Source: Rotaria magnacalcarata
Lineage: Eukaryota
Assembly: GCA_965140935.1 (NCBI GenBank)
Contig: CBCSLL010000157.1
Location: 105,559-161,415, forward strand
Length of the DNA: 55,857 bases
Direction: 5' to 3'
In this document: positions 15,319 to 27,347 of the stretch, piece by piece
Layout: each line of letters starts with the position of its first letter
Position numbering within the stretch: the stretch's first letter is position 1
Translations under genes and position numbers: made by a program
Notes under the pieces: generated by a model
Told to the model about the DNA's origin: nothing
The model's input: only the letters and a program-made list of their open reading frames with translations
Databases searched by the model: none

Positions 15319-16244
15319 ATGTTGAAACAAAGTTAAAAAATACAGCAAACGATTATTTTATGTACGAACATATCAGTCAATTCAATAATTTAGCATAAAT
15401 ACATTTTCACTTCAACTTACTTTTCAGAGTGTTTGGTCTATTGGAAAAAATATCACTTTTTTTAAATTTCAAACAAGGAGTAGAAACAAGATATTTATAG
15501 TAAGAAAAAGCGTCTACGAAAAACTTTATTTGATGAAAAAAAAATCAATAGACTATAATCTATCGCATGAAGAAGATTTTTTTAAAAGAAAATTAGCAGC
15601 ACATCGTTTTTTCAACGACTATAAAAGAATATTCGAATATGAAGAAAGATTAATTTTTGATGAGAATAACAATAATTAAGATAATTGAAATAAGAATATT
15701 TCTACAAAAAATATAAGAAATGTTTCTTTTTATTTCTTGAGTTGTTTTAGCTAGTTTGTGATAAACGAGGAAGGCGCATTGGACCGAAATTTGAACCAAA
15801 ATGACGTCCATGTTTTGCATATCTTCGTCTATATCCTTCGACTAGTAAACCTAAGAGCTATAAGAAATACAAAAATGAAATATTTTTAGTTCTTTGAAAG
15901 TTAAATTTACTTTATTTCTGTTGGTTATGATCAAATAACTAACGATAATACATAAAGTAAAAGCAAGAAAGCTAGTCATAAATCGTTTCGACGAATTATC
16001 ATCACCATCACGATTTAGATTTGTTCTTGCTCCTCATAAAAAAAGTAAAAAATATTAAAATAAATAATTCATTGGAAAAGAAAAGTTAAATCAAAATTTA
16101 TCAACGATTAATTCGACTATTGTTTTCTTCATCACTGGCGCTCAGTAGATTGATATTCTTTAAAAGTGTGATATTTTCTTACTAGAAACGTAGATTTGGA
16201 CAGTATACTCTTTTCACACTAAATGTTTTTGGTTTTTTACATCC

Positions 16245-16517
16245 CCAGGTCGAGCAATCCAACAGTAGGCACCAATCGGGTTTTGTCGGATCCTACAGAC
16301 CTATCATCGGATTCCGGGTTCCGGATTCGAAGTTGGATCCTCAGTGTCGGATTCCTACGAATTCCAAAGAAACACCATTGAATGTCATTGGAAGTTCAAT
16401 GGATTCCGACCAGTGGTTCCGACGTCAATTCCTCGACCCGGAATCCTATAAGATTCTGTCGGATGGTAGGATATTATCAAGTTCCTATCGGATTCGATGT
16501 GGGATTTCTCGACCTGG
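16245..16517. repeat. GC-enriched element of about 273 bp. It is bounded by the inverted repeats CCAGGTCGAG/CTCGACCTGG and filled with degenerate (t)cggattcc-type repeats. Candidate MITE or foldback element.
   Basis: The terminal 10-bp inverted repeats sit at 16245-16254 and 16508-16517. Internal inverted copies of ggattccgggt occur. Local GC is clearly above the surrounding AT-rich DNA. The ORF-track entries here are probably spurious. Confidence 0.45.
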
Positions 16518-16711
16518 GTCGTTTTGATGATGATGGAGTTCATGTAGAGCAATTAAACTTTAAATTTAAAATTAGTCAAAATATTAGTTTGAAAGAAATG
16601 ATTCAGCAAAACCATCTACTATCAGTATTAAAACTATCATTGAGAAAATTAAGACTCAACATTAGATGATGGCATAAATTTACATGAAGCACATGAAAAT
16701 GATCAAATCAG

Positions 16712-17372
16712 TTACAAGATTATTGCGAAACTATTAATTTTATTTCTTATTTCCTGCAATTTAGTCAAAATGAATATCTTACTGAGTTTAAGCTTTTTTT
16801 TTGGTCCTACAGGAACGTTTAATTGATTTTCACGATGTTTCACCAGATGCAAACTATTTGAATTTATATCTGCTTCATTTTCTTGTTTGTTTTCAGTATT
16901 TGATCCTACAAATGTTTGTTTATATTATAGATTAGTTAAAAATTAAAAATTTTGTTTTAGTACCCATATCCCATTTAGTATTACACTAAACTGATACCTT
17001 CAAGCCAATTCCCTTGTTCATCATCCTTTGGTTTAAAAGCAGTTTCAACATCAAGAGGTTTGGGTTCTAGTTAAATCAAATGATGATTTTTCTTCTGTTT
17101 TAATACTTTTAAAAATATGATTTACTTGGTCGTTCATTAACTTTTTCTCGTTCTATAGGAAACATAAATGTAAGAAAATGTAAATAAAATAAAAAAAATT
17201 TACCCGATGCTTCTTTATCAAGCCCTAATTGATGTCTCACTAGAATTATTTATCTGTTATGAACTTTAATAAACGATAGACAATCAATTACCATTCCTTC
17301 TCGTTTTCTTTCTTTCATTTTCTAATTTTGATTCAGTTTCTTGGTCTTGTTCCAAATCATCTATAATAGAGG
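16712..17372 (-). CDS. Probable multi-exon gene with at least 4 short exons. It encodes a charged, low-complexity protein of unknown function. The 5' end is unresolved.
   Basis: Consecutive minus-strand coding segments are joined by GT...AG introns of 45-90 bp. Examples are ...DDLEQDQETESKLENERKKTRRN | ...LGLDKEAS | EREKVNERP | KPKPLDVETAFKPKDDEQGNWLE | GSNTENKQENEADINSNSLHLVKHRENQLNVPVGPKKKLKLS.... The terminal TAA is at 16712-16714. No homology was recognised. Confidence 0.3.
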
Positions 17373-18216
17373 TTATGTAGAAAGATCGATGAAGTTGTTA
17401 TTGAACTATCTTCTTTCAAATAAACACTTTTCAATAAATAATTCAAGTTTATAGTATTAATTAGATAGAATATTCTCGCTCGCATGACAGTTTAGCTGAT
17501 TTTCAAAAACAATATAATATTTAGATTGGATTATTGTTGGTAGATGATAAAAATATAAAATCGGAAAAGGTGAAATTGAGGAAGTGTATTACGAGATAAC
17601 TTTTAAGTATACCCGAAATTTGTTGGAATAAAAGCAAAAGGGTACATCTCTATTTTTTCAATAATAAATAACTAGCTTCACATCTTATTGGTGACCTTAG
17701 TCTTATTCAGCATGTAAATGGTTTCTAGTGTTAAAAGAATTATGAATATTTCTCATTACTACACTATCATCACGATTGACATATTTGTTTTCGACAAAAA
17801 GTAAGCTCCCTGTACTTGTATATTCTTAATACGATCTAATTTTTTCTATTAGCCTACAATTAAAATCAATTCTTTTTCAACTTACTTTCGGAGCTATTTG
17901 TTTTATTGATATCTTAAAATAAAATAAATATGTTTGTTTTTAGAAAGAAAACACATATAAATAATTTACTAGAATCGGATTGTTCTTGTTTCAAGTCCAA
18001 TACTACTTCTGTTTTATTTCCTATAATCAGAGAGATAAGTTTCATTTCATTTAAAAAGCAATCATGTTTATTTTTGACCCTCTAGGTTTTCATTCGAATT
18101 TGTTTTCACTGATTGAAATTCATCATTTGTATTTTTGTTTAATAATTGATTTTCGTGTCCAATCTTGTCTTGATCTATTTTATATAATCAAAGTTTTGAA
18201 GAGAAAATAAAACATT

Positions 18217-18846
18217 CTATTTACCTGTTTCATCAGAGTTCTTGGCATATTCTCTTTTCTTTAAATTGACTCTATCAATCGTTGAACTCTCAAGTATTTT
18301 ATGAGATATAGAATTGCTACTATATGAATCAATTCGTTTAATACTTGGCGCAATTTCATAAAAAAATCTTGCCAAACGAATAGTTTCGTTTGATGAAGTT
18401 ATGTTGGTACATAATTTAGTCAAGTCTGAACCCATTTGTTCTTTTTTATTTAATTTTAGTTTTTTCCATATCCAACGATCTATATGTATTATTTTATTCT
18501 TTGAACATAGTTTCGTTGACGTTTCTGAAGTTATATATTTAATTGGTAATGGACGTGATCGATTTAATAATGAACAACCAATCTCAAGCTCTATGAATAT
18601 TATACGACATAGAACTTGATAAACTTTTGTTGATTCAGAGTTTGAACAATATTGTGTCAGATCATGTATTAAAGCTTTATAATTATCTTCAGTGTCATAA
18701 GTTGAATTTACAAATATATGAAGATCACATGATAAATTTGTTGCTTTTAATGCTTCTAACACATTGATACCAGCTGATTCATCTATATCCAATCCATACA
18801 TAGAAGAAAATAAAATAAAACTCACTAAAACCACTAATAACTTCAT
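18217..18846 (-). CDS. Hypothetical secreted protein, 209 aa as a single ORF. It has an N-terminal signal peptide and multiple N-glycosylation sequons.
   Basis: The ORF begins MKLLVVLVSFILFSSMYG, a hydrophobic signal. Sequons NLS, NST, NRS, NIT and NET are present. No family was recognised. A GTAAAT donor overlaps the stop, so further 3' exons are possible. Confidence 0.4.
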   Translation of the reverse strand: MKLLVVLVSFILFSSMYGLDIDESAGINVLEALKATNLSCDLHIFVNSTYDTEDNYKALIHDLTQYCSNSESTKVYQVLCRIIFIELEIGCSLLNRSRPLPIKYITSETSTKLCSKNKIIHIDRWIWKKLKLNKKEQMGSDLTKLCTNITSSNETIRLARFFYEIAPSIKRIDSYSSNSISHKILESSTIDRVNLKKREYAKNSDETGK

Positions 18847-19230
18847 TAGACGACAATTTTTCTTTTAAAAAATCTAAAAATAAGATTTTACTATACTTTT
18901 TTAAAATTAGCAATGAAGTTATTTTCATTCTTATTACGAAGAAAACAAGAACGAAAAGTAATCATCTTCTCTTTCAGTTGATAAAATATGTATCTCATAT
19001 TGCTGCATAGTATGTACTATATAGCATACTTTATAAACAGTTATATTCTTACAGATATGATCAGCTATGACATAGAATTAATGACTATGATAAAAACCAA
19101 TTTTAAAATCAATCAATTGAAGTAGTTTTTCTTGATTTTTTCTAATACATGACAAAGTACTTGTCACTAAACAGGTATTTATTTTGTGGCATGCAACAAT
19201 AATATAACTAGAGAAAATAATTGCAGTAGT

Positions 19231-19379
19231 GTCAAACTTGAAACTTAAAGTCAACTGAAAATTTCAATTTTCAACTGATAGCGATATGTGTGAGTCACGA
19301 TTCTTCAGAATGCTATTGGTTTAAAAGTTGAAAAGTTAAAAATTTCAATTTTCAATTGAATTCAAGCTTCAAGTTTGAC
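19231..19379. repeat. Foldback (palindromic) element of 149 bp with two roughly 60-bp inverted arms.
   Basis: gtcaaacttgaaacttaaagtcaactgaaaatttcaattttcaactga is mirrored by the reverse complement of 19321-19379. Confidence 0.55.
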
Positions 19380-20856
19380 ATATATGAATAATTGCTAGTT
19401 TTATAATAGTAGTAATTAGTAATGTATTTCTAAATATCAAATTTTACTTATTTGTTAAGAATTAGATTTTAATAGTTAAAAATTCTTTCATTTTATGTTA
19501 ATCATAGCATTAATTGAATCCATTTTTCTTTCTAAACGTACCTCTAGTTCATTCAAGTTTGGTTTTTCGAAAAGATAATTCGAAATTTCGGAGGTACTTA
19601 TACCCATTAACCTCTGTTGACCTTGAATTAAAACAAAATGCTAAATTGTAGTGAACTTTTATTTTTATTTTGATGGTTATTGCTTGTTTTTTTACACTGA
19701 ATTATGCTTAAAATTACTGATAGAGTATTTCAAATCAATTGACTTTTTGCTTTGATTTTGATTTCTAATAACCCGAGTGAGTAGCGCATATTTATTTTCC
19801 TCATTCAAAATTAATGAGTCACCTGTTCGATTTACCATAATGAAACAAGTTCACATCTATGATAAGCGATTTATGCACAGTAACACAAATACATGTTTCG
19901 AATCATTATATGAATTCGAATAATATTTCGTTTTTATAAATATTGTCAATAAATTGTGTAGGCTACCTATGAATTTTGCTTATCTAATCTTCTATTCTAC
20001 AATGTAAATCAATGTATAAAGTGAACGAAATGTGTACATATATGTATTGATATATAGATGTCGTTGGTAGACCACTGTATGCTACTATGATTTACATGAA
20101 TACAAAAGTTGAAGAGGTGACAGTATAGTAGTTGCTTGCATTTGTTTAATTTTGATTCACATAGCAAGAATAGTAAATTATACGAAAAACAAAAAAATAA
20201 AGATCAAAGCATAATTATTAAATGAATAGAGGCAGATCAAGAAATATAATATAACATTTTATTCGAAAAGACAGCAATATATTTTTATTCTAAATTTTGA
20301 ACAAAGAAATTTTCTAAGATCTGCATTAGTTAAGTTAAATGTATAGCAGAAAGATGGTGAATATTTTTTCTTATTTACATGAAATACAATAAATCTTGTT
20401 TTGAAAATTTTCACTTAACATTTTTATAATGCTGTTAAATATCAGAAAACGATAAGTTTTCCCAATAACAATTCCATTCAAAACAATCAGCAAAATAAAT
20501 ATCTGCATCTAATTTCGATTATTCAAAAAAGAATTTTTATCATTCCTAACAAAAAGAAAACCGAGTCAAACTATACCGATGAGTGTGACTGTCTGTATTT
20601 CATCCTAATTTCGCTAAATATTGTTGCTTCTGATGCGACATATCATGCTAATGAACAGTATTTACTCGTTATATTGGGCAACATTATATGGTACTGATAC
20701 CATATACGAGGCTCTATTTCACTTAATACGGACATATGCTATCTGTTTATACGTTGAGAGATGACAATAAAGGGCCGTATACAAATCGTATCTTTCGATC
20801 GAGAAATGCGACCGTGTTGGTATGAATAGAAATTACATGATAAATTATTGAGGTAT

Positions 20857-20970
20857 GTTCAGATTTCCGAAAAAGGAAATTACGGACATTATCGATTTTT
20901 TTTGTAATGGCAGGCTTTCGGAGATCTCAGGTTCAAGTTTTCCGTAATTTCCTTTTTTGGAAATCTGAAC
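20857..20970. repeat. Foldback element of 114 bp with 30-bp inverted arms.
   Basis: gttcagatttccgaaaaaggaaattacgga ... tccgtaatttccttttttggaaatctgaac. The flanks also contain atgttcag / ctgaacat. Confidence 0.5.
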
Positions 20971-22498
20971 ACTGCTGAACATGTTCCTAAAAATATATTT
21001 CATTGATATTTATTTAGATCAACAGGAGCCAGAAGAGGAAAATAGTGACGGCTGGTGTGAGTCGATCTTTATGCAAAAAAATGAATAAAATTTACTAAAG
21101 ATAAACTAATATTACATTAGTGTGACAAGTGTTCGTTAAATTACACAAAACTGTATTCATCAGTGGGAAATGTCTACCAGATATTCCATTCAGTGTAGTC
21201 ACACGTAAAACATTTTCAGTGTAAGCTTTGAAAGAGGCAGGGCAACATTTAAGCAGCAACATTATAAATGACATTTAATTACAAAGAACTTCCAAAATAT
21301 GTGATCATTTTTTATTTGATTTCCATTGAATATACATAAAATAGACAGAACCATCATAAATGAAAAACTGTATTTTGTACTCGTTCTAATTTGTGACTCT
21401 GATGCAGAAGTACAAAATCTACCCGTGTGCGCCTACGCGCGTAGGGGGAAATTTTAGGAAAATTATTGGCTGTAGCGAAGTTTTTTAATATGGAGAATGG
21501 GGAAAATTTCTGAAGAATTTTTTTGTATAAGGGGAAATTTTTCATTTTTATAGCAGATTCTGCACCTCTGCTCTGATGGTATACTAGGATCTAAAATAAA
21601 AACTCTGCATAGCGAACTAATGGAAGATCACATTTTGTTTCAGATATTTGATAAAATATCATAAGATCTATACTATTGTTGATTCGACATTATAGTAATC
21701 AGATTCTTAATATTTGAAGTAACAAAAATCAGAGACAAAATCGGTTTATTGTGATTTATTTTCTCTGATTGACGAGTTCAGGCTATCCTTATGGGAGTCT
21801 CAATTAAGATAGGATTGCGTGTTGGTTCAAATGAAAAATTTTCTGAGTTTTTACGATTATTTAGTAGTATTGACACAAAAAGCGTAAGCATATGAAGGCA
21901 ATAAGAAAGAACGTGCAAGTGTTCTTTGTCTTTATATTTTCGTGGAAAAAAAGCAGGAAGAAAAAGAAATAAAAAAATTCTCTTTTTTATACGCTATATG
22001 TAAGTCTGTATGCATCACACGTTTCTTTATTATTGTCGATGATGGGAGTTTATTTTTTGAAGTCGCACAGAAATTAAAAAAAGCACGTAAATACATACAT
22101 GAAATCGAATAAAAAAATACAACTTTTTTGTTTTTGGTTACATTTAAAATTTGACTGTTTGAATTATTGAGAAAAATTATTTATATCTCTTTAATTTGGT
22201 AAACGCTCTTTTTAAGACTCATCAATGAAAAATATATAGTGAATTAAATATTACAAATAAATTTTCGACATGCTTGGTACTTTAGCGATTCATCATGAGT
22301 TTCTTATTATTCTTTGTAAAAAAATTGAGTTTTTAATCAATTATTACTTCATTTTTATCTAGGAAGAAGCATGACATATATAGCTATTCGTTTTCTATTG
22401 CAGATAACTTTTCATTTTAGATGAAAAAAATTATTTTATTTATTCAAGTACAATTGTAATCATAAATACAGCTGCAACGTACGTCACACATTAAAAAG

Positions 22499-25087
22499 AT
22501 GCTTCATGGGAGTGCATCATATTTCATGGGCTGTAGTGATCCGCGCTGTCCAAAACATTCTGGATTACAACAAAAACTTGAGTTGCAACTTCAATATTCG
22601 GATAGAAAACATGACATAGAATTGCAAGTAAACGTTGATAGTTCACCAAAGATTACCATTTGTGATATTATAAAAGAACTTTTAAATTTTCTTTATCTCG
22701 ATGATATTTCTCCAGAAGAAGTTCGCTTGGTTGGAGTTAAGAATAAAAATAAGTACTTTAAGTTGAATGTGACAGATATACAGAAAACACTACGAGAGTT
22801 ACACGTGACCACTGATTGCATACTTCATTTCGAGCCAACATCTACTGCGTCCGCACCTAAACCATGTCAGTTGACGATATTTGGACCAGATGAGAAAGAA
22901 AAAAAAATATTTCAATGGTACAGAGCAAAAACAACATTGGCAATACTTCTCGAATATGTTATCGAAATATTTTCATTGCAGTCAATTGATCGTCATCAAC
23001 TTCATCTATTTACTATCTGTGATGAACTTGACTTGTTCTCTTGTTCTACAAGACGATTGATTGAATTAGGCGTTAATGACCGAATGGCAATTTATGTTCA
23101 GATCGTCTCATCGAGTTCATTGATGATCACCAATGAAAACATAGATGTTCATGTTGAATATGGTGATGAACATGAAAAATCAACTATCAACGTACGAAAT
23201 ACCGAAACGATGGGTGAATTAAAAATTCAAATTCAAAAACGGTATGAAGGTTATCGTATTAGTGAGTTCGAATGTTTCAATGAAAGAAAAGATTTGCTCG
23301 CTTCCGTTGATACGGATAAAAGTTTTAAATCCTTGGGTATTAAACCTGGTCAAAAGGTTTTTGTAAAAGTTCGTTTGACTTCTGAGAAAAATCAACTAGC
23401 TACTGCAAATGCTCAAAACAAAGCGTCTAATCAATCAGATTCGCCGTCAAGTACAAAAGCGAATTCTGACAAAGTTATTGTCAAATGGATCTTTCCAATG
23501 AAAAATTCCGAAAAGACAGAAGTATCACTTCAACATACAGTTAATCAACTAATTAAAAAACTAGAGGCCTTGGAACAGAACAATCGATTAGTTTTACATA
23601 AATTATCTTCAGATGTAGTAGAATTCGTCGTTACAAAAAGCAAGGAAACACATCGATCTTTGGCGGACTTAGGATTCAAATCAAATGATACGATTGATGC
23701 CACTATAAAAGTTAGGTCTCCTAAATACTCATCTATTGTCAGTAAAGAATCCCCTCCGTCACTCAGAGCAAATAAAATCCCAAAAGTTGATTGTATCACC
23801 AAAAGTCCAATAGGTTTGAACAATCTTGGAAATACGTGCTACATGAACAGTGCAATTCAATGTCTTGCTCATATACCACCATTAACTAATTTCTTTTTGG
23901 AAGGCTTTCATTATACTCACATGAACGATGGTGAACATACAGATGAGGATTGGAATCCATTTGATAAGATAGGCAGTGTCACTGGAGCATATGCTGATCT
24001 GCTTTGGAATTTGTGGAAACACGATGATAATGATCATGACTATGCTTCGTTTAAACCAATTCGTATTAAAGATACAATTGGCAATAAAGAATTACGATTT
24101 TCCACAAATGATCAACAGGATGCTCAAGAATTCATGACTTACTTTCTCGATGCTATACACAAGGAATTAAAAGAAAAAAATGACAACTCTAAATATACCA
24201 TAATAAAACAATTATTTTTCGGAGAAATAAAATCTATTATAAGATGTACTACATGCAATAATGATGAATCTACAATAAGTCCTGTTAGTTTTTTGTCCAT
24301 ACCACTCAATCGACAAGAACGAAAATTTTGGATTACTTATATTTCAAAATTAGGAAAGGATGAAACTGTCTGCGTCGATGTACCTATTAGTGGACATGTT
24401 GGACATGTTGTAGAAGAATTTGTTAAATATTATAAACAACCTGCACTCTTCTACCACATACTTGCTTTGGTACCAGATGGTGAACTCGATTTTGGAACAC
24501 CACTTAATCAATTATCTCATGATGAAATTATATTAATGGAGCAAGAAGAGCGTTCAAACAATAAACGACCTGAGAATTTGGAAATACCCGCCGAAAAATT
24601 AACTCTTCAAGATTGTCTAAAAGATTTTTTCTCACCAGAACATTTAGAAGCTGAATGGACTTGTCGACGAGCAACATGTAAAAAAAAGACGACAGCAACT
24701 AAACAACTTGAACTTTACAAGCTTCCACCTATAATCGTTATTCAATTCAAACGGTTTTCGCATGAAAATGGTTTACATCAAAAAATTGAAACGTTTGTAA
24801 AATATCCGATAAACGAACTAAATTTAAATGCATTTTCAACAGCTGGCCAACAAGAAACTGTTTATGATTTAATTGCAACTAGTAATCATATTGGATCGAT
24901 ATATGCAGGTCATTATATAGCATATGCTATGCATCGCATGTCGAATAAAAGTGAATGGTACAGGTTCGATGATTCGTGTGTAACACGTGTAAAACTTGAA
25001 GATTTGGAACAGGATATTGTATCGCAAGATGCTTATCTTTTGTTTTATATTAAAAGAGATATTCTAAATCCATTAGTAACAGTATAA
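22499..25087 (+). CDS. Ubiquitin carboxyl-terminal hydrolase (USP, peptidase C19), 862 aa, intronless. The N-terminal half contains about four UBL-like segments of roughly 90 aa each.
   Basis: Single ORF. Cys box GLNNLGNTCYMNSAIQCL. His box HYIAYAMHR...WYRFDDSCV. USP zinc-ribbon cysteines CTTCNN...CRRATCKKK. QDAQEF motif. TAA stop. Confidence 0.85.
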   Translation: MLHGSASYFMGCSDPRCPKHSGLQQKLELQLQYSDRKHDIELQVNVDSSPKITICDIIKELLNFLYLDDISPEEVRLVGVKNKNKYFKLNVTDIQKTLRELHVTTDCILHFEPTSTASAPKPCQLTIFGPDEKEKKIFQWYRAKTTLAILLEYVIEIFSLQSIDRHQLHLFTICDELDLFSCSTRRLIELGVNDRMAIYVQIVSSSSLMITNENIDVHVEYGDEHEKSTINVRNTETMGELKIQIQKRYEGYRISEFECFNERKDLLASVDTDKSFKSLGIKPGQKVFVKVRLTSEKNQLATANAQNKASNQSDSPSSTKANSDKVIVKWIFPMKNSEKTEVSLQHTVNQLIKKLEALEQNNRLVLHKLSSDVVEFVVTKSKETHRSLADLGFKSNDTIDATIKVRSPKYSSIVSKESPPSLRANKIPKVDCITKSPIGLNNLGNTCYMNSAIQCLAHIPPLTNFFLEGFHYTHMNDGEHTDEDWNPFDKIGSVTGAYADLLWNLWKHDDNDHDYASFKPIRIKDTIGNKELRFSTNDQQDAQEFMTYFLDAIHKELKEKNDNSKYTIIKQLFFGEIKSIIRCTTCNNDESTISPVSFLSIPLNRQERKFWITYISKLGKDETVCVDVPISGHVGHVVEEFVKYYKQPALFYHILALVPDGELDFGTPLNQLSHDEIILMEQEERSNNKRPENLEIPAEKLTLQDCLKDFFSPEHLEAEWTCRRATCKKKTTATKQLELYKLPPIIVIQFKRFSHENGLHQKIETFVKYPINELNLNAFSTAGQQETVYDLIATSNHIGSIYAGHYIAYAMHRMSNKSEWYRFDDSCVTRVKLEDLEQDIVSQDAYLLFYIKRDILNPLVTV

Positions 25088-26295
25088 TATATATATATAA
25101 CATTAAACAATGATCATTCTATCCTTCATAAACAAGGCTCCTATTGAACAATATTTGTAGCACGATTGCAGGACACAATATGTTATTTTTGTGTGTTGTT
25201 TTCTTCTTCGATTAAACAAAGAAAAGCATTTAGTATTTTTTAGTTCTTCTTAACATCTATCCATCAGAAATATTATTTCATAGTTTCTTTCCTCAGTTTT
25301 CTAACTTCATATTTTATGTAAAAATCTGAAAATATTAACGGCTTGAATTATATATTGTAAAATATACTTATTCATCAATCTAGCGAATATCACATGTAGA
25401 CATAGAATCAATTGATATATTTGATATTTTCGACTCTGCTATGAAGATGCTCAGTCAGTTCGATAAACAAAGGTAATAGATTTGCAAAAAATATGAATCT
25501 CGATCGATAAGAAGCATGGTTAAACATGCCATTTTATAGAATATTCATTTCTTTGATTTTTTCAAATATCTTCACAAAATAAATTAACAGTCTTGCCAAT
25601 TGATGAGAACAGTTTTAATAGATACTTACAGCTTATTAAGTAAGAAAGCGATTACACACTGCGAGTGTCTAAATATTTCATATAGATACAATAATTGGAA
25701 CAAGTGTATTTTTGATTTTGTTCTTTTCATACAGATAAAAATATTAGTGGAACAGTTGCAATGACTCATAAGGTATTTCATTTGTTTCATACATTATTTA
25801 CTATTTTTCATCGATACTATGTTATGTCATGATACTGTGCTACTATGCAACAGAAACCTATACGGCAATTATGAGAGAAGAGTCAATATCGATTGAAAAG
25901 AGTTTTTCTCTAGATACAAAAGTTCCAAAAGGTCTCGTTTGCTATATATCTTCATATTATCTACAACAAACAAATGTATTCATCAGAAAAAAAAACATTA
26001 CGATCTTAGTAGGTGAAAGTGTCATACAGTATTCTAATTTTCATTTAGATTATGGTAGTATGAGTCATGTTGTCATTTTGAATAATAGTGATGAAATTCA
26101 CTATTGCAAATATTAATAGATAACGAAGAGGCCATTTGTTTTTATTGAAGCCATGCTGTTTACGTACTTGTAACATTTTGTTTAAAATAATACATGAAAG
26201 TATAAAAAATATTGGCTATAAACAAAATATCGTCTACTTAAATAAAAATAACTTCGTTCATTCATATCTCTTGGCCATTGTCTCAGTATGCCTAC

Positions 26296-27347
26296 CAGAG
26301 GTGTGCACAGGGCAGGACACAGGGCGAATATTTAAAAAGTTGATCTGCCCTGTACAGGGCAAGGCAGGGCGATAGTTCCGTGCCCTGCAAATTTTGCATT
26401 TTTACTTTAATTTGGAAGTAACAATTATTTCATTTTTCTCGAAAAGTTAAAACAACCCATGAGAAATTCATATAGAAATATCGCATTTAAATAATTATTT
26501 TGTTATACGATAGTCTTTGAGTTGCACGATACTATATAAGTACAAGTCAAATCAAAATAGCAACAAAAGAAAAGAACATTAGTTTAGTAGCCCTCATTGA
26601 AATAATATTGTACCAGTGCCATCACCTTCTAATTGTTCACGCGATAATTTTCTTATGATCTCTTCAATTGGTGAAAATGAGGTATCCATTTTATCTGAGT
26701 CAAATATATCTGTTAGCTGTGAAGCGTCATCGTATAGCTATAGCTATTCATTTAAAATCCCTTTTAAAACGATAAAGACAACTTTTGTATTTAAAAAATT
26801 GAATTAATATAAACTTCAGCCTTGCAAAAGAGATCATTTGCTCACTCAGCTTTTCTAAGTAAAAAAATATTAATTTGAGCGAATCCCATATCATATCAGC
26901 TGTTTAAAATGTTATCATAAATTAGCTTATAGAGTCACGAGTGAAACTAAGCATTTTCTTTCATACACAGATTAATGATTTCTTCTAGTGTCAGCATGTT
27001 CTTCTGTTGTTGGCATAGATGATTCTCGGTTGATTCAAATAAAAAGTGTAAAATCTGAGCAGGTAGATGAGGTTCTGTTCATTAGATTAATTGAAAAATA
27101 ATTAAAAAGAAATATCTAAAATTTTTTTTTCATTTTCTTGTATACTATTATTTGTAAATCATAATCTTTTTTGTGAGCTAGCTACTTATCAATAAAAGTC
27201 AGTAATGTAGCTTAAATGTTAACTTGAAATTTTTTTTATAGGACAGGGCAGGACACGATGCAAAAAATGACAGGGCAGGGCGAGGTACGATAGAAAATCA
27301 GGGCAGGGCAGGGCAGGGCAACAAAATTGGTCCTGCGGACACCTCTG
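26296..27347. mobile_element. Non-autonomous hAT-like DNA transposon of 1,052 bp. The 8-bp target-site duplication is ATGCCTAC. The TIRs begin CAGAGGTGT and the subterminal regions carry GGGCAGG repeats.
   Basis: Left end 26296 is cagaggtgtgcacagggcagg. The right end is the reverse complement of 27323-27347, cagaggtgtccgcaggacc. The flanking direct repeats atgcctac sit at 26288-26295 and 27348-27355. An 8-bp TSD and a YARNG terminus are typical of hAT. The interior is non-coding. Confidence 0.75.

Noticed and set aside
15750-16000. Possible tiny gene encoding a single-pass membrane peptide (...SFLAFTLCIIVSYLIITNRNK / LLGLLVEGYRRRYAKHGRHF...).
   Set aside because: No start codon in frame. The splice pattern is ambiguous and no homology was found. 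It is too weak to call.
19495-19640. Isolated exon-like segment GQQRLMGISTSEISNYLFEKPNLNELE on the minus strand, ending at a GTACGT donor.
   Set aside because: Neighbouring exons could not be connected and no homology was found. It may belong to an unannotated gene, but that cannot be supported from sequence alone.
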